Assembly: GCA_951406725.2 (NCBI GenBank)
Contig: OX597824.1
Location: 35,526,001 to 35,590,000 of the forward strand
DNA from: Octopus vulgaris
Taxonomy: Eukaryota
Reading direction: 5' to 3'
Length of the DNA stretch: 64,000 nucleotides
Below are positions 1-12,652 of this stretch, in pieces. Numbering within the stretch: the first letter of the stretch is position 1; each line of letters opens with the position of its first letter. Made by a program: the position numbers and the translations under genes. The notes below the pieces were generated by a model that was given only the letters and a program-made list of their open reading frames with translations, was not told the DNA's origin and searched no databases.

Positions 1-299
1 TAAGATTGTTTATAAGAGATATTTAGTTACACTATCTTTCGTTCGTTCCATTAATAATTGGAGATTATTAGTTACGTAATGTAAATTAGATTATCAAGAT
101 GTACTGTCAAATCGTCAAAGACGTGTAACGTTTATATGTAGCAGTATTTGGACAGTAGAAATATTGATAGAAGTAACCATCGTAAAGATTACGTATGAAA
201 GGTCACATGTCACTAATAATTTGACAATGTATATGTATGTACGTAAGTTAGAGGTGAAAATGCCTGAAAATTCATCATATGTATGTAATTATATATATA

Positions 300-485
300 A
301 CGGGAAGCTTTATGAAAATAGACAAAAGACGAAGGCAGGTTTTCGGAAATAAACAAAAGACGAAGGCAGGTGGAATACAAACAAACAATTGTATTAGTAT
401 GGCGCTCAGGAATATAAATAAAACAAGTCTTTAACGTTTCGAGCCTACGCTCTTCAACAGAAAGATACACAGAGAAGAAACACAG
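300..485 (-). mobile_element. Short TA-embedded repeat, family A, with a hammerhead-like motif at 428-465 (putative Penelope-like non-autonomous element)
   Basis: Reverse strand reads TCTTT-CTGTTGA-A-GAGC-GTAG-GCTC-GAAA-CG-TT-AAAGA. Near-identical copies at 25298-25500 and 50870-51065. Flanked by (TA)n. Confidence 0.7.
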
Positions 486-2208
486 AATTATATATATATG
501 TATGTGTTGTGTGTGTGTGTGTGTGTGTATGCCTTTCGTGACAATTTACTACTCCTCTTAGTATCTACTACTCCTCCTTATCGTCACAGGACAATAGGGT
601 GGTATTACTGAGAAGACCTCTTGAATTGCTAGTCGTTGGTTCCACAAGACGAAACTATTTCTCTGATATCCTAAAAAGTGCGATAGGTGGAGCTCCCAAA
701 TAGCAATTTATGGGTTTGTTGTTGTTGTAGTTGCTGCCTCTGTCGTTGTCCATCACTTTCTTTCTTTGCTTTTGCAGTTCCTTTTACCCGAAAGCCCTGA
801 AGAGGTTCTCACCTTCAACATATATCTAACTAGGGCTTTCTACTGTGCACCACCTGCTTAATTGCTTTAATTTTTACTCCCATAGTGAAATACAGCTCCG
901 TAAATACATTAGTAAGTATTGGAGGGGATCAGAACTTGCATGTCCATGCATGTCTTGTCCGTGCCGCGAAGTTGAAGAAAAGTGTAGGATCAGTAAGTAT
1001 CACAACCAAAATCTCTGATTGTGAACTTACTGCTTCGTTTTCTTATATACTGGGTATCACCTGAGAGCAAGTATGTGGTGTTCCAACACCGTTTGTCGCC
1101 TCTGTTTTCATTGCCTTAAAGACCAACGGCACTCGTTTATACATCCCAACATGTTAGGCTGTGCACACATTGACCAACGTTTCTTGTAACTTCCTTTAAG
1201 AAAAACAGAATTACGTTATTCTCTTACTTGTCATTTCCTCTAAGAATTTCTAGGGCATCCGTAAAACTATAGAATAGACCATCAAAAATTGCGAAGTTCC
1301 TTGTTTACAAAACGAAATTAAAAAAAAGGATTTTTATTTAGCAATTATATCTTGGTAAAATCTAACATTTTAATTGATCTCTCTCAAAGACGTCCACACA
1401 CGTCCACACACGTCCACTCACAGCAACAACGACAGCAAAAATAAATAATATAAATATATTCGCCATGTCACTATAGCTTCTATTAAACAAGAACTTGCAA
1501 CGTTCTGCAGTTACCACCCAAAAGCTGATGTAAACAGAATACAACCATCCCGTTCACAATGAAGGTGGGTCTGATACTTAGAAGCTAGTAAAATAACTTA
1601 AAGAAAACAAAACCATTTTTCTATGTATAAGAAAACAAGAAAATACACACTAGGAATTAAGGGTAACACAGCAAACGATATTAAAATACAAAACACAAAA
1701 TCAAAACGAATTCTAAAATGTAGTTAAGTAAAAATGGAGGGAAAACACTCCTTGGTCAATAACTTACGAGTCTAAACTGAGATGAAGCAAACCAGAGTGA
1801 ACGACAATAATGATCCGAAACACTCTGCTAAAATCAGAAACGAAAGGTTTGACATTATCTGCATAGAACCAGTGACAAGTCACAAACAACTACGGAAATA
1901 TAATAAAAAGATCAAGTGCAGGTAATGTAGTGAGTAGACTGAGACGACGGCCATATTTCTGGTAGTCTTCACCAAGTTAAAAGTGTATTGAGAGGCACAG
2001 TCAACTCGGCTACCATGTCCACTGGCAGTCCAATTAACAACATTTGTATCTTGCCCACAATTTTAAGGACTAAAATAACAGGTTGTGGACATGAAACTAA
2101 AATCATTATCAATTACTAATTGGTGCATTAGTTATGGTCAAAATATTTGAACAAAAGTATACATAGCTCACTGGTGCTCATAACATTTCATATGGACTAA
2201 AAAGATAA

Positions 2209-2268
2209 GAACCGTGCTGCCCACATCCGAACCGTGCAGCCCACATCCGAACCGTGCAGCCCACATCC
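2209..2268. repeat. 20-bp tandem repeat x3 (AACCGTGCWGCCCACATCCG)
   Basis: Three consecutive near-identical units read directly from the sequence. Confidence 0.9.
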
Positions 2269-2403
2269 GACGCAAGACGATTTCATATCAGTAACACAAA
2301 TACTACATACAACCCGATATACTCTATACCGGTGGTTCCCGACTGGGGCCCGTTATAAAATTTTTTTGTCGAAATTTATGTGCAATAAATTGGTTATACT
2401 TCT

Positions 2404-2718
2404 TTCTCTCCCCCTCTTTTCAAGCCTAGCCAGGCTCATGGGCCCGGTTTCCAGGTTTCTGCGGCGTATGTGCTCCCCCCAGCTGGACGGGACGCCAGTC
2501 CATCGCAGCGTTACTCAAGAAACAGGAAAAGAGAGTGAGAGAAAGTTGTGGCGAAAGAGTACAACAGGGGTTGCTACCCCCCCCCCCCCCTGCCGGAGCC
2601 TCGTGGAGCTTTTGGGCGTTTTCGCTCAATAAACACACACAACGCCCGGTCTGGGAATCGAAACCGCTATCCTCCGACCGCGAGTCCGCTGCCCTAACCA
2701 CTGGGCCATTGCACCTCC
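2404..2718 (-). mobile_element. tRNA-derived SINE (family S3) with a 12-bp target-site duplication
   Basis: Reverse strand begins with TGGCCCAGTGG (A box) and GGTTTCGATTCC (B box). GGTTATACTTCT is duplicated at 2392-2403 and 2719-2730. Homologous copy at 59991-60286. Confidence 0.9.
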
Positions 2719-2779
2719 GGTTATACTTCTACAATATACAAAATACCTTAAATATCTCTAAACAATTCTTAGTAATATT

Positions 2780-3212
2780 GATTTTAAATTTTGACACAAG
2801 ACCAGCAATTTCGGGAGAGGGAATAAGTCCAATACATCAACCCCAGTGCATAACTGGTACTTATTTTATCAAACCCGAAAGAATGAAAGGCAAAGTCGAA
2901 CTCGGCGGAAAATGAATTCAGAACGTGAAGACGGATGAAATGCCGCTAAACATTTTAATCTAAGTGCTAACGATTCTTATTTCTTTATTGCCCACAAGGG
3001 GCTAAACATAGACGGGACAAACAAGGACAGACAAACGGATTAAGTCGATTACATCGACCCCAGTGCGTAACTGGTACTTAATTTATCGACCCCGAAAGGA
3101 TGAGAGGCAAAATCGACCTCGGCGGGAAATGAATTCCGAACGTGAAGACGGATAAAATGCCGCTAAACATTTTAGCCTAAGTGCTAACGACTCTGCCAGC
3201 TCGCCGCCTTAG
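2780..3212 (-). mobile_element. SINE family S2 (GCCTTTCATCCTTTCGGGGTCGATAAA central domain, Meta-SINE-like), two joined units
   Basis: Matches many other copies in the window. Flanking near-duplication AATTCYTAGTAATATT at 2764-2779 and 3213-3228. Confidence 0.85.
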
Positions 3213-3541
3213 AATTCCTAGTAATATTAAATTATAAAAATACAGGATGTTTTTTATATACGTTGAATGGCTGTGGAAGCCCAGGAGGGTGAAATAGGAA
3301 TCAAAGGAGTTCATATGCAAAAAATTGTTAACCATTGCTTCTAGACACTATAAAAATCTCCGTTATAACACATTTATTCTACATAATTATCACCAAATAC
3401 CATAACACAACAACAATGCTATTATAGAATCTATTCTTGACACTACACCAGCACAAATATCCTTAAAAATGGTTGCCGTCCATTAACATAATTACAAGCT
3501 AATTGGCACAACATGACGCTAACACCTGCGGCACAACTCAC

Positions 3542-3623
3542 AGCACAGATCGACGGAATAAACCATCATCCAACAAAATAATACAACTGCCATTGTACGG
3601 ATACTCTGCAACAGATTCAGCAT
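3542..3623 (-). CDS. Candidate first coding exon encoding a signal peptide (MLNLLQSIRTMAVVLFCWMMVYSVDLC) followed by a phase-1 intron
   Basis: Non-repetitive sequence. The second ATG has a strong context (ACAATGG) and is followed by a hydrophobic core. It ends at a consensus donor T|GTGAGT (3541-3536). No downstream exon was identified. Confidence 0.3.
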
Positions 3624-4421
3624 TAAAGCAACACCAGAAAACAGCAAACGAAAATCCGACAACAATGCAGAACTGATGTAGGATACCAATGCAATTCTAC
3701 ATTCCCCCAGAAGACAACACCACCACCACCACCACCACCACCGTCCGGAAATACAGAGCTGCAGCAGGTGATGCAGAAGAAATTGCATAAAAGCGTTGAG
3801 ATAATGATAAGAAAAAAAAATGAATGAATGATGATGATGAGGAGGAGGAGGATGATGATGATTCGCCGATAGGGACAAACGGGAGGAGGACTCAATACAA
3901 ACATCATGTGCAATAGCTTAAGCCGATCCAGTGGTCTTTTTATTCTTGAGATTCCCTGATTGTATCAGCCTCTCTCTGTCTTTCTCTCTCTCTCACACCA
4001 TATGTGTGTGTGTGTGTGTGTGAGAGTGTGTGTGTGTATACATGCACACAGGATGTTCAAGGCAGAAGTGCCGTTACTCATGTATCATTTTAATCAGTTG
4101 AATAGTGACTACGCAATGGCGTTATTCACATATGTTTATATGTGTGTATACATCAATACAAGCATATATATTTGTGTGTTATATCTGTGTGTGCATGTAT
4201 ACATGTATGCATGTATATATATTCCGTATACATTTGATCCTTTTTCAAGGAATCTAATGCTATTGGCTTAGTTTTTCCTTGGGGCTGGCCAGATTGGAGC
4301 AATCTCAAGATTAATCAGCCGAAATTGCGAGGATGATCCGGTTCTTGACTGAAGATTAAAGGCTTCGAATGACCCGTCCGTGTTTTTTGTATCGTCTATC
4401 TGGATGTTTTGCTTCCCATTT

Positions 4422-4483
<62 letters not shown>

Positions 4484-4514
4484 TGTATGTATGTATGTAT
4501 GTATGTATGTATGT

Positions 4515-4719
4515 ATGGCCGCGTGTGTACATGTTTGCGATTTTTTTCCCTCTGTCTTCCCTTCTCTGGATCTTTCCTTCTCCTATGTTTCCGACGAAGA
4601 GCTCCGCTCGAAACGTTAAACCCTCCTTCTTTCCTTCTTTCCTGAGCGTCCAATAATACTATATTTGTTCCACGTCCTCGCGTTGTTGTGTTTTTTTGTG
4701 CTTTCTTGTTTGGATTAAC

Positions 4720-4720
<1 letters not shown>
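4515..4720 (+). mobile_element. Short microsatellite-embedded repeat, family B, with a hammerhead-like motif at 4587-4621
   Basis: GTTT-CCGACGA-A-GAGC-TCC-GCTC-GAAA-CG-TT-AAAC. Full copy at 35404-35612 and truncated copy at 5472-5563. Confidence 0.7.
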
Positions 4721-4809
<89 letters not shown>

Positions 4810-4831
4810 TGTATGTATGTATGTATGTATG

Positions 4832-4889
<58 letters not shown>

Positions 4890-5398
4890 TATACAAGCAC
4901 GCTCAAATACACACACGTACACACAAACATCTCTATATTAAAAAGTTAACCACGTTCTATAATATCTTTCATTTGAAACTTAAATTTCAAAAAACTACAT
5001 CGTTTTTTACATAAACTACAGTCTTTAAAATATTTTCACCTTGCCTTATATCTGTACACTTTTCCTTCCCCCGTCAACATGGACCTCAAAGACACATCAA
5101 TTTGAAGACTCTACCGCAAAAGTTGTCCCCGTTTTTCCCTCATTGATTCACTCTTGAACCTGTCTGTCATTCGCACACTCCTATTATCATTCCTGAGATG
5201 TTTGAAACATCAAATCACAACACTTACAAGTGGACATTTCTTATCTAATCGTATCGATATATTAATGTACTGATTCACTTGTACACACACGAAAACACAC
5301 ACATACATTCGTACATACACATATAACATATAACATAAAATGCATATAAAGTATATACATGTATATACATCATATACACTGCTATAAATATGAATCTA

Positions 5399-5455
<57 letters not shown>

Positions 5456-5471
5456 GTATATATGTATAAAA

Positions 5472-5563
5472 TGTGACCTCGTGTGTACCGTTGGCGATTT
5501 TTTTTCCTCTGTCTTCCCTTCTCTGGATCTTTCCTTCTCCTATGTTTCCGACGAAGAGCTCCG
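5472..5563 (+). mobile_element. Family B fragment truncated inside the hammerhead-like motif
   Basis: Near-identical to 4520-4606 and ends at GAAGAGCTCCG. Confidence 0.75.
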
Positions 5564-5716
5564 TCTTATATATCATATATAATACCTGTAACCGTATAGT
5601 CTTATACATATACAATCTACATGTATATTATGTATGTGTGCGCGTGTGTATATGTGTTGTATGTATGTGTACAGACACACACATGTAGGTATCTATACGT
5701 ATGCGTGTCTGTGTAC

Positions 5717-5765
<49 letters not shown>

Positions 5766-5898
5766 TAAGATAGATAGATAGATAGATAGATATAGATATA
5801 TTTGTATATACATATATATTTATAAACATATGCATATAAATATATCTATCTATCTATCTATCTATCTATATATATATACACACGCACACACACACACG

Positions 5899-5975
<77 letters not shown>

Positions 5976-6384
5976 ATATATATATATACATACATATATA
6001 TATATGGGGTTGCCAGGTACGCGAATATAACACGTTTACGCATTTAGAAATATAGTCACACACAACCTCACACTAAAATTTTATACTGCTCAAATACATA
6101 ATACGCGGTTATAAAATAAAATAATTTAAAATTCGCTTGAACCAGACTCTATCGATACATATTACTGTGTCTCAAGACACGCACACATAAACACACATAT
6201 GTATGAATATATATGTTTGTGTATGTAAGCTTGTACGTACACCAAACGCCACAACTGTCCAACTGTCTTTAGACCTAAGTGAATACTATGAACAGTCAGT
6301 TGTTGCTCATCTATTATTAATATATTGTTCGGATAATAATCTCCTTGCTGTATTCTTCTCATAAGAAATTACTCATGCTGTACT

Positions 6385-6423
<39 letters not shown>

Positions 6424-6464
6424 TGACGGACAGATTCCAAATACAAGAATACAAAAGAAACAGC

Positions 6465-6504
6465 AACAATAACAATAATAATAATAATGATAATAATAAT
6501 AATG

Positions 6505-6553
<49 letters not shown>

Positions 6554-6626
6554 TATAATAATAATATAATAATAATAACAACAACAACAATAATAATATA
6601 ATAATAATAACAACAACAACAATAAC

Positions 6627-6673
<47 letters not shown>

Positions 6674-6680
6674 TAATAAT
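6465..6680. repeat. (AAT)n/(AAC)n microsatellite
   Basis: Direct reading. Confidence 0.95.
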
Positions 6681-6781
6681 GAATGCGAATGTTATTGAAG
6701 TTGAATTTTCTTTTTCATATATCACCTACTGGATATACATACGTCGGACAACTTGAATATACAAGTTTATACACATATACT

Positions 6782-6840
<59 letters not shown>

Positions 6841-7969
6841 ATGTGTGTGTGTGTATGTATGTATGTGTGTGTGTGTGTGTGAGTGAGTGTATATAAATAT
6901 ATATATATATAATAACGTTTTATGTTGAGTTATAATAAAAATCTGTATAAGTTACTCAATACTTTTGTTAAGTACAAATTTATTATTGTTATAGAAGAAT
7001 GTTGTTGACTGTAACTTCGAAGTTTTGACCAGCTAAGCCATTGTCGGACATTCACACACACACACACACACACACATATTTATATATATAGGTGTGTGTG
7101 TATGTATGTATGTATGTATGTATGTATGTATGTATGTATGTATGTATGTATGTATATATTCAGAATAGAAAACACTTTTAGATACAATATTGAATTTCTG
7201 GACTAATTTACACTCATGTACAGGTATTTACATTTCATTTAATTAATTAAATAAATTTAAGGTTTGTTTGATGGTCACACCTGTTTTGGAAAAACTCCAT
7301 AGCTCGGAAAGGTTTTGGAGTCAAAGGTTCCGGAAAATCGATATATACATGTCCAAAATACTTTTAGGAAGAACAAAAAACAACGTTGTCGGTCGGCATC
7401 GACTTAACTTTTGATCTATCCGTAGGTGAATGATGACTTTGATATATTTATTCGTAATATCCTGTAATTAATTGATCTACGTCTGTGGCTGCTCACCAAG
7501 CACGTTCTCTCTCATATTCCTGCAAAGGCTGGCCTTGTATCTAATAGAAAAGTTTTACTATTTTCGGATGGCGCAAGCATAGCTGTGTGGTAAGAAGCTT
7601 GCTTTCCAATCTCATAGTTCCGAGTTTAGTCCCTCTGCGTGGCAGTTATACACACACACATACATACATATAAACAGATGTGAGATCCAAGGATTGAGGT
7701 GTAAGAAGGTTAGCTTCAAGCAAATCGTAGAAAGTATAAAAAAAACAACTTTCAGGTACAATAGTAGTTTATTGAGGCGGAAAGTTGTGGATTTTCCCCG
7801 TATTGAAGTACGATAAGCTGGAAGAAAATTGTTTTATATTTTACGGTAGCAACCAGGATTTCCAGGTACGCGAATAAAATACAAGAGTTAAAGTATACCC
7901 TTGGCCTGAAGAGGTAGCCTGTCGTATACACACTTAACTCTTGTGTTTTATTCACGCACATGGCAACCC

Positions 7970-8034
<65 letters not shown>

Positions 8035-8036
<2 letters not shown>

Positions 8037-8187
8037 TGTGTGGTAAGTAAGTAGCTTGCTAACCAACCACATGGTTCCGGGTTCAGTCCCACTACGTGGC
8101 ATCTTGGGCAAGTGTCTTCTGCTATAGCCCCGGGCCGACCAAAGCCTTGTGAGTGGTTTGGTAGACAGAAACTGAAAGAAGCTTGTC

Positions 8188-8241
<54 letters not shown>

Positions 8242-8443
8242 CTGTGTTTGTCCCTCCTAGCATTGCTTGACAACCGATGCTGGTGTGTTTACGTCCCCGT
8301 CACTTAGCGGTTCGGCAAAAGAGACCGATAGAATAAGTACTGGGCTTACAAAGAATAAGTCCCGGGGTCGATTTGCTCGACTAAAGGCGGTGCTCCAGCA
8401 TGGCCGCAGTCAAATGACTGAAACAAGTAAAAGAGTAAAAGAG
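8035..8443 (+). mobile_element. tRNA-derived SINE family S1 (internal (TA)n/(TG)n, tail AAAAGAGTAAAAGAG)
   Basis: GCTGTGTGG A-box-like and GGTTCAGTCCC B-box-like motifs, followed by CTTGGGCAAGT. More than 15 homologous copies in the window. Confidence 0.92.
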
Positions 8444-8664
8444 TATATATATATATATCATATCATATATTATATATATATTAAATTCAAATTACGATGA
8501 ACGTAAACAAACAAACGAAGTTTGCTTTAGATGCGTTGAAATGTCTTAGAAAGTTAAAGAAGTGATTTTAAATTCCCAAACGCAGGATAATGCTAATAAT
8601 ATAACCTGAACAGGTTAAGCTAGCCCAATCTTGCAGAAAAAATGTGTTCGCGGACGGCTATGTT

Positions 8665-9145
8665 TATATATGCTCGTATGGGTACAGAACGTCACCAACT
8701 ATGTAAACAACATGAAGTACGAAAAGTAACGAGTTAAATACGCAAACAATGAGAGAAAAATGGAAAACAGGACAAGTAACACAGAGAACGACCCTTCCTC
8801 AGTTGTTGGCTGTCTATCTACTCCTCATGTCGAGCAATCAGCGACAATATGAGTCTTCGAAGACAGTTGCTCCCATAAATTCCAAAATAAAATTTTGGAT
8901 TTATGGAGGGGAAATTTTTATTTTGGAATGAATGGGAGCAACTGTCTTCGAAGATTCATATTGTCATTAATGCTCGAAATGAGGAGTAGCTAAACAGCTG
9001 ACAACTGATTAGGGTTCGTTCTCTGTGTTACGTTTCCTGTTTTCCATTTTTTCTCTTACTGCTTGCGCATTTAACTCGTTTGTTTTCGTGTTTCATGTTG
9101 TTTACATAGTTGGTGACGTCCTGTACCCATATATGCATATATATA
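8665..9145. repeat. Foldback element with ~230-bp imperfect inverted arms around a short spacer
   Basis: For example TCTTCGAAGACAGTTGCTCCCAT versus ATGGGAGCAACTGTCTTCGAAGA, and GTCACCAACTATGTAAACAACATGAA versus TTCATGTTGTTTACATAGTTGGTGAC. Confidence 0.9.
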
Positions 9146-9195
9146 CATGAACGCCACGCATCCATTTCCAGGTAAGTTTATGTACATATATATTA

Positions 9196-9272
<77 letters not shown>

Positions 9273-9404
9273 CAATATATATATATATATATATATTTGG
9301 CATAATTAAATCTCAGAATGAGATTGAAACAGTAATCGCTCGATAATGTAAAGTATAGAAGCCATCAGCCATGATAAGATGGCTTCTATATATTACATTA
9401 TATA

Positions 9405-10185
9405 TATATATTATTTAAAGGAATTCCAACTTTGTCTGTTTTTATGTTTTATTTATATTCTTTACAATATTAATGTAGAATATAGAATATATTGTATAAC
9501 TAGTATATATATAGTAAAATGAAATGAAGTATTGATTGTCTTATTGAATAGATGAAATATTGAATATAAAATATTAAGGGACTAGTATACTTTCTTGCAT
9601 TAAAGCAGTCTTCAAGGTCCCAGGTTGTGACAGGAGTGTTTAAACTGTGTCAACTGTTTTAACACTCCTGTCACAACCTGGGACCTTGAAGACTGCTTTA
9701 ATGCAAGAAAGTATACTAGTCCCTTAATATTTTATATTCAATATTTCATCTATTCAATACTTCATTTCATTTTACTATATAAATTATTTATACTATATAT
9801 TCTATATTCTACATTAATATTATCACGTGATCACGTGACCGACCAGACCATCAGATGTTGCTACACATCGCTGGTCACAATGCGTTCGCATTGTTTTAGC
9901 CTTCGAACGACGCCACCCCACTGGCTAAGCGAGCAGGCCAACAGAAGAAAGAGAGAAAGAGTGGTGAAAGAGTACAGCAGAGATCGCCACCACCCCCTGC
10001 CGGAGCCTCGTGGAGCTTTTAGGTGTTTTTGCTCAATAAACACACACAACGCCCGGTCTGGGAATCGAAACCTCGATCCTACGACTACGAGTTCGCTGCC
10101 CTAACCACTGGGCCATTGCGCCTCCAGAATATAAATAAAACATAAAAAACAGACAGAGTTGGAATTCCTTTGAATAATATATATC
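9405..10185. repeat. Long palindrome centred near 9651, with hammerhead-like motifs in both arms; the right arm is interrupted by a SINE
   Basis: Near-perfect inverted arms at 9545-9645 and 9657-9760. Homology resumes after 10126 (GGAATTCCAACT versus AGTTGGAATTCC). Confidence 0.9.
9822..10126 (-). mobile_element. tRNA-derived SINE (S3 head with a different 3' part) inserted in the palindrome arm
   Basis: Reverse strand TGGAGGCGCAATGGCCCAGTGGTTAGGGCAGCG...GGTTTCGATTCCC. The head is shared with 2404-2718. Confidence 0.88.
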
Positions 10186-10805
10186 CCTTTATACACAATC
10201 ATACAAACTCCTTTTTATTTATTTATATACATATATATATATATATATATGGGTGGGTTTATATGTGCGTATGTATGAGTGTATCCTTGTGCATGTGTTT
10301 GTCTACCAGCAGCACCTGACAACTGGTGTTAGTGTGTTCACGTCCCCGTAGCTTAGAAGTTGACCAAAAGTGACCGAGAGAATAAGTACTCGGCACACAC
10401 ACAAAAAAAGACAAAGTAAGTCCTAGGGTCGATTAATTCCAGTAAAGTTATTCAAAATAGTGCCCCAGTATGGCCGCCGTGTAATGACTAAAGCAAGTAA
10501 AACGTAAAAAGATGGACAAGCAAATTAAACATCATTCTTGGTTTTCTCAGAAACTTCCAATCTTTATTGCTTTAACTTTATACCTTCTGATGGCAACTAA
10601 CGGAGTCTTTTTCACAGAGATCTTCAGTGAAGAATATGGAAAGACATTAACAGAAAAAATGTAAAGTAATTCTAGTGCTTTTCTTTTCTTTTTCTTCTTT
10701 CACTAGAAATTCTTTACCAGCAAATTCTTTTGGGATCATTTCAATTGATTTCGGTTCCCGCCTTACATATGATGATGCAATTGACACACTAACGCACGAA
10801 GACTC

Positions 10806-10870
<65 letters not shown>

Positions 10871-10878
10871 GCATACAC

Positions 10879-10927
<49 letters not shown>

Positions 10928-11062
10928 TATACACAGATATATGTACACATACATATATATACATATATGTTTATATATATATATATGTAATATGTATATA
11001 AATATAAATTCATATATATGAATGCATATATATATATATATTTAGATGTTTATACATGTACC

Positions 11063-11112
<50 letters not shown>

Positions 11113-11523
11113 GTTTACAAGAGGAGTGAAGCATATATGTTTGCATTTATGTTCACATGTATGTGTGTGCGTGTGTATAAATAGTGTATACATTTAAATA
11201 TAATCTCATACAATATATGCATAATTCGGACAAATTACTGCTAGCTCGTCATACATATACGCAAGTACATGTGTGTGTGTGTGTGTGTGTGTGTCTGCGA
11301 CTGATATTTTCATTAAATATGTATCTTGAGGATACACCTCAGGGATGTAATGGGAATATGTGAATGAAGCTAGTCCAGTCTGGCTACTTTATGTGAATAG
11401 GTCCCTATAAAATTATATATATATAATTAGGATAATTACACACACACACATACACACACACATACATAGATAGACAGATAGACGGACGGAAAGGCATGCA
11501 GCCAGGTGGACAGACAGACAGGC

Positions 11524-11599
<76 letters not shown>

Positions 11600-11836
11600 A
11601 ATACATATACATACATAATTAGTTTTGAATAAGGACAGCAATTTTGAAGTTTACTCGATGGCATGAAGCCATTTCTTGACAGGTACTCCATTTTATCGAT
11701 ACCGAAGGGATGAGAAGTAAAGGTGACATCGGCTGGAACTGAGCTCACACCGTAAAAGCCAACATAAATAGTGCAGCAAATATACGCATGATGCATATAT
11801 GCATGATACATATACATGCATACATATGCATATTAC

Positions 11837-11889
<53 letters not shown>

Positions 11890-11985
11890 TGACTGAAGAT
11901 TAGAGGCTTCGAATGACCCGTCCGTTTTCTGTGTTCGTCCCTTTGTGTATTTCACGTTCTTCTTTCTTTATATATAATTTTTATA

Positions 11986-12020
<35 letters not shown>

Positions 12021-12023
<3 letters not shown>

Positions 12024-12216
12024 GGAGTAAACACATAAATGTGAAACAAGGTGGAAAAAAGAGTACTCAAATACCAGTGGTAGAGTAATATGCTTTATTT
12101 AAAGCAGCAGAAAATTCAACAAAACCTGTTACTCTGAGTTTCCCGTTTCCGTTTGTCGGAAACGGGAAACTCAGAGTAACAGGTTTTGTTGAATTTTCTG
12201 CTGCTTTAAATAAAGT
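12021..12216. repeat. TA-embedded element ending in a ~60-bp-arm palindrome that carries the 3' half of a hammerhead-like motif
   Basis: Arms at 12093-12151 and 12157-12215. GAAA-CTCAGAG-TA-ACAG is present in both orientations. Confidence 0.85.
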
Positions 12217-12280
12217 ATATATATATATATATATATATCACAGGCGTATACACATAAACATATACGCAAATAATATATGC

Positions 12281-12436
12281 AGGAGCGGCTGTGTGGTAAG
12301 TAGCTTGTTTACCAACCACATGGTTCCGGGTTCAGTCCCACTGCGTGGCACCTTGGGCAAGTGTCTTCTACTATAGCCTCGGGCCGACCAAAGCCTTGTG
12401 AGTGGATTTGGTAGACGGAAACTGAAAGAAGCCCGT

Positions 12437-12474
<38 letters not shown>

Positions 12475-12652
12475 TTTGTGTGTCTGTGTTTGTCCCCCTA
12501 GCATTGCTTGACAACCGATGCTGGTGTGTTTATCTTCCCGTTACTTAGCGGTTCGGCAAAAGAGACGGATAGAATAAGTACTGGGTTTACAAAAGAATAA
12601 GCCCCGGGGTCGAGTTGCTCGATTAAAGGCGGTGCTGAAACAAGTAAAAGAG
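12281..12652 (+). mobile_element. SINE family S1
   Basis: Homologous to 8035-8443. Confidence 0.92.

Noticed and set aside
790-840. Hammerhead-like GAAAGCC-CTGAAGA-GG..CC..GGGCTTTC
   Set aside because: The core and flanking pairing are present, but there is no GAAA or stem III, so it cannot be distinguished from chance.
540-1290. Possible exons or a degraded gag-like sequence
   Set aside because: Stops in the frames examined and no motif I can support.
7856-7970. Inverted repeat with CTGAAGA in the loop
   Set aside because: The hairpin is real (terminus also at 6006-6035), but there is no GAAA half, so it was not counted as a ribozyme.
9344-9400. miRNA-like hairpin
   Set aside because: AT-rich inverted repeat among TA-embedded foldbacks; more simply a repeat remnant without small-RNA evidence.
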